This document shows positions 60,920 to 64,000 of a DNA stretch of 64,000 bases, one piece after another. The notes beneath the pieces were generated by a model that was not told the DNA's origin, ran no database searches, and was given only the letters and a program-made list of their open reading frames with translations. Made by a program: the position numbers and the translations under genes. The first letter of the stretch is position 1; each line of letters begins with the position of its first letter. Source of the DNA: an uncultured Actinomycetes bacterium (GTDB lineage: Bacteria; Actinomycetota; UBA4738; HRBIN12); assembly GCA_963780015.1 (NCBI GenBank), contig CAWAAO010000014.1:333336-397335 (forward strand). The letters are read 5' to 3'.

Positions 60920-62095
60920 TGCACCTGTCCCCCGGCCATCCGCGCGGTGGAGCCCTACCCGTTCGAGGAGCTCGACCGGCGCAAGAAGCCGAGGCGGTCG
61001 ATGCCGGCCGACGAGTCGTCGACTTCGGCGTCGGCGACCCACGCGAGGAGACACCGGCGCTCGTGCGCGATGCGCTCACGGATGCGATCGGACCGATCTC
61101 GTCGTACCCGCGCGCCGCGGGTCTGCCGGCATTGCGGCGTGCGATCGCCGCTGGGTGGACCGTCGCTACGGTGCGACGATCGACCCCGACACGCAGATCC
61201 TGCCGACCCTCGGTTCGAAGGAGCTCGTGTTCTCGCTGGCGCAGGCCGTGCTCGATCCCGCCGCCGGCAAGGACCTCGTGCTCACGACCGCGCCCGGCTA
61301 CCCGATCCCCGAGCGGGGCGCGCGCTACGCCGGCGGCGACGTCCATCGTCTGCGTCTGACCGAGGAGCGCGGCTTCCTGCCGGATCTCGGGGCGATCACC
61401 GACGAGCAGTGGGCGCGCGCCAGCCTGCTGTGGCTGAACTATCCGAACAACCCGACCGGCGCGGTGGCGCCGCTGTCGTTCCTGGCCGAGGCGGCCGAGC
61501 GATGCCGCACGCACGACGTGTTGCTGGCCTCCGACGAGGCCTACAGCGAGCTGTGGTTCGGCGACGAGCCACCGTCGGGCGCGCTCGCAGCTGCCGGACC
61601 TCACCAACGTCGTGGTGCTCAACACGCTGAGCAAGCGTTCGTCGATGACCGGCTACCGCAGCGGCTTCGCGGCCGGCGATCCCGACCCTGATCGCGCGCG
61701 CTGCAGCGGCTCCGCCCGGCGGTCGGGGTCACCCCGCAGGAGTTCGTCCAGCGCGCGAGCATCGCGGCCTGGGGCGACGAGCGCCACGTCGAGCAGAACC
61801 GGGCGCGGTACGCGGCCAAGCGGGCGGTGTTCCTCGAGCTGTTCGCGCGGCACGGCGTGCACGTCGCGGGCAGCGAGGCGCACCTTCTACCTGTGGGTGG
61901 CGGTCCCGAGCGAACGCCCGTCGCTGGCCTGGGCGATCGAGCTGCTGGATCGGGCAGACGTCGTCGTCGCGCCCGGGTCGTTCTTCGGACCGGAGGGCGA
62001 GGGGTACGTGCGCATGGCGATGGTGCCCGACCCTCGAGGAATGCGAGCGCGCCGCGGGCTCGCTCGACCGGCTCTTCGCGGAGGTGCGCGCGTGA
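60916..62095 (+). pseudogene. dapC: N-succinyldiaminopimelate aminotransferase (DapC-type class I aminotransferase; about eight frame breaks)
   Basis: The segments AVEPYPFEELDRRKK, VVDFGVGDPREETP, WVDRRYGATIDPDTQILPTLGSKE..LNYPNNPTG..SDEAYSELWF, VVLNTLSKRSSMTGYRSGFAAGDP, LQRLRPAVGVTPQEFVQRASIAAW, FYLWVAVP..APGSFFGPEGEGYVRMAMVP and TLEECERAA lie in alternating frames. Confidence 0.85.
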
Positions 62096-62924
62096 TCGAG
62101 GAGCTCGCCGCGCGCATCGACGCGACCTGGACGGCCGTCCAGGCGGATCCGGCCGCGCCGATCGACGTCGAGGCCGTCGAGGACGCCATCGCGGCGCTCG
62201 ACCGCGGCGAGGTGCGCGTCGCGGAGCCGACGGCGCCGGGCGAGCCCTGGCGCGTCAACCACTGGGTCAAGCAGGCGGTGCTCCTCTACTTCCGTGTGCG
62301 CGGGCTGGAGACGACCGAGAGCGGGCCCGTTCGAGTATCACGACCGGCTGCCGCTGAAGCATGGGTACGCGCAGGCGGGCGTGCGCGTCGTGCCGCCGGC
62401 GACGGTCCGCTACGGCGCGCACATCGAGCCCGGCGCGGTGCTCATGCCGAGCTACGTCAACATCGGCGCGTGGGTCGGCGCGGGCACGATGGTCGACACC
62501 TGGGCCACGGTCGGCTCGTGCGCGCAGATCGGCGCCGACGTGCACCTGGCCGGCGGGGTCGGGATCGGCGGCGTGCTCGAGCCCGTGCAGGCCGCCCCCG
62601 TCGTGATCGAGGACGGAGCGTTCATCGGCTCGCGCTGCATCGTGGTCGAGGGCGTCCACGTCGGCGCGGGCGCGGTGCTCGGCGCCGGCGTCGTCCTGAC
62701 GGGGAACACGCCGCTGATCGATCCTCGCGGCGCCGAGCCGCTCGAGTATCGCGGCCGCGTGCCCGCCGGCGCGATCGTCGTGCCGGGCTCGCGCGCCCGC
62801 GAGTTCCCGGCCGGGCACCTACGGGATGCCCTGCGGCCTCATCATCGGCGAGCGCACCGCGGCCACCGACGACAAGGTGGCCCTGAACGACATGCTGCGC
62901 GACTTCGGATCCTCGCTGAGCTAG
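62092..62924 (+). pseudogene. dapD: Tetrahydrodipicolinate N-succinyltransferase (two frame breaks)
   Basis: [16 protein letters not shown] comes first. After a break at about 62320 come [81 protein letters not shown]. After a break at about 62815 comes [30 protein letters not shown]. Close to the E. coli-type DapD. GTGA overlap with dapC. Confidence 0.9.
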
Positions 62925-62929
62925 CCGCG

Positions 62930-64000
62930 ATGCCCCAACACCCCCAGGACCGCATCGTCGAGTCACCGATCGCCGCGACCTGGCGCTCGGTCCAGCACGA
63001 GCGCGCCGTGCTCGTCGGTATCGGCCCCGGCATCATGGAGGCCGACCTCGACGAGCTGGCGGCGCTCGCCGACTCCGCGGGCGCCGAGCCCGTCGGCCGG
63101 ATCATCCAGAGCCGCGCCGAACCCGACCCGCAGCTCTGGATCGGCAAAGGGAAGGTCGAGGAGCTGCACCAGGTCCTGCACAGCGACGCGCGCCGAACTG
63201 GTGGTCTGCGATCAGGAGCTCTCGCCCGGGCACCTGCGCTCGCTGGAGGCGCGCCTGGGCGTCAAGGTGCTCGACCGCACCGCCCTGATCCTGGACATCT
63301 TCGCGCTGCACGCCCACACGCGCGAGGGCAAGGCCCAGGTCGAGCTCGCGCAGCTGAACTACCTCCTGCCGCGGCTCCGCGGCTGGGGTGAGGCGATGAG
63401 CCGGCTCGGCGGCGGTATCGGCACCCGCGGGCCCGGGCGAGACCAAGATGGAGTCCGACCGGCAGCACATCCGCCGCCGCATCGCGAAGCTCCGTCGCGA
63501 CGTCAAGGCGATGCAGACGACGCGCGACACGCAGCGCGCCAGCCGCCAGCGCTCGAACATGCCGCAGGTGGCGATCGCCGGCTACACGAACGCCGGGAAG
63601 TCCTCGCTGATGCGCCGGCTGACCGGCGCCGACGTGATCGTGGCCGATCAGCTGTTCGCCACGCTCGACCCGACGACCCGCCGGATCGTCCTGCCGGGCG
63701 GGCGGGTCGCGACGCTGTCCGACACGGTGGGGTTCGTGTCGAAGCTCCCGCACGACCTCGTCGAGGCGTTCCGTTCGACGCTGGAGGAGGTCACCTTGTC
63801 GGACATGATCGTGCACGTCGCCGACGCGGCCTCGGCGGCGCTGGACGACCAGATCGAGGCCGTCCACACGCGTGCTGGAGGAGATCGGCGCGGCCAACAT
63901 GCCCGAGGTGCTCGTGCTCAACAAGATCGATCTGGTGCCGGGCTCGCGACGGGCGCGCCTCGCGCACCCGGTATCCGGGCTCGGTGGCCTTCTCGGCGGT
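62930..64000 (+). pseudogene. hflX: GTPase HflX (3' end outside window; three frame breaks)
   Basis: LHSDAR|[18 protein letters not shown] at 63194. Then ..[39 protein letters not shown]|ETKMESDRQ at about 63433. Then ..[21 protein letters not shown]|VLEEIG..LNKIDL at about 63870. Confidence 0.9.

Overview
This is 64 kb of very GC-rich (by eye about 70%) chromosomal core from an actinobacterial-type genome. Gene order follows the conserved Actinomycetota layout. A short EF-Ts together with both RNase Y and RNase J hints at a deep-branching lineage such as Thermoleophilia or Rubrobacteria, but that is inference only. Almost everything is housekeeping. The blocks, in order: dprA(3' end)-xerC-whiG-like sigma-M23 peptidase, then a beta-propeller and membrane-protein pair. 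rpsB-tsf-pyrH-frr-cdsA-dxr-rseP. An OmpR-type two-component pair, yjbQ and ispG. trpE-trpG with a Trp-codon leader. rimP-nusA-ylxR-infB-DUF503-rbfA-nrnA-truB-ribF-rpsO-pnp-M16 peptidase-dapB. An eis-like GNAT, a histidine phosphatase, a lipoprotein and a PduO-type adenosyltransferase. dapA-rnj-ftsK. ppa plus a GNAT. An HTH protein with pgsA-cinA-thpR. A xanthine-dehydrogenase-family L/M/S set. recA-recX-rny-miaB-miaA-dapF-dapE-dapC-dapD-hflX(5' part). I saw no rRNA, tRNA, CRISPR, transposase, prophage or recognisable defence genes. Main observations: (1) About 50 reading-frame breaks sit inside conserved genes. Nearly all are +1 (one extra base), and at least 31 of them fall in the last 7.3 kb. 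Insertion-type consensus error is the most likely cause, but as written about 25 genes are broken. (2) An unannotated Trp-codon leader peptide (WWW) and a GC hairpin lie upstream of trpE. (3) A near-perfect LexA/SOS box sits in the recA promoter spacer. (4) There are leaderless-type start geometries, an SD-sequestering hairpin before rny, and the rpsO-pnp leader hairpin. (5) There are lineage-specific low-complexity extensions (sigma factor, CdsA, uS2, PNPase) and four orphan secreted proteins. I did not find a convincing new multi-gene system. The frame-break pattern is the most unusual signal.
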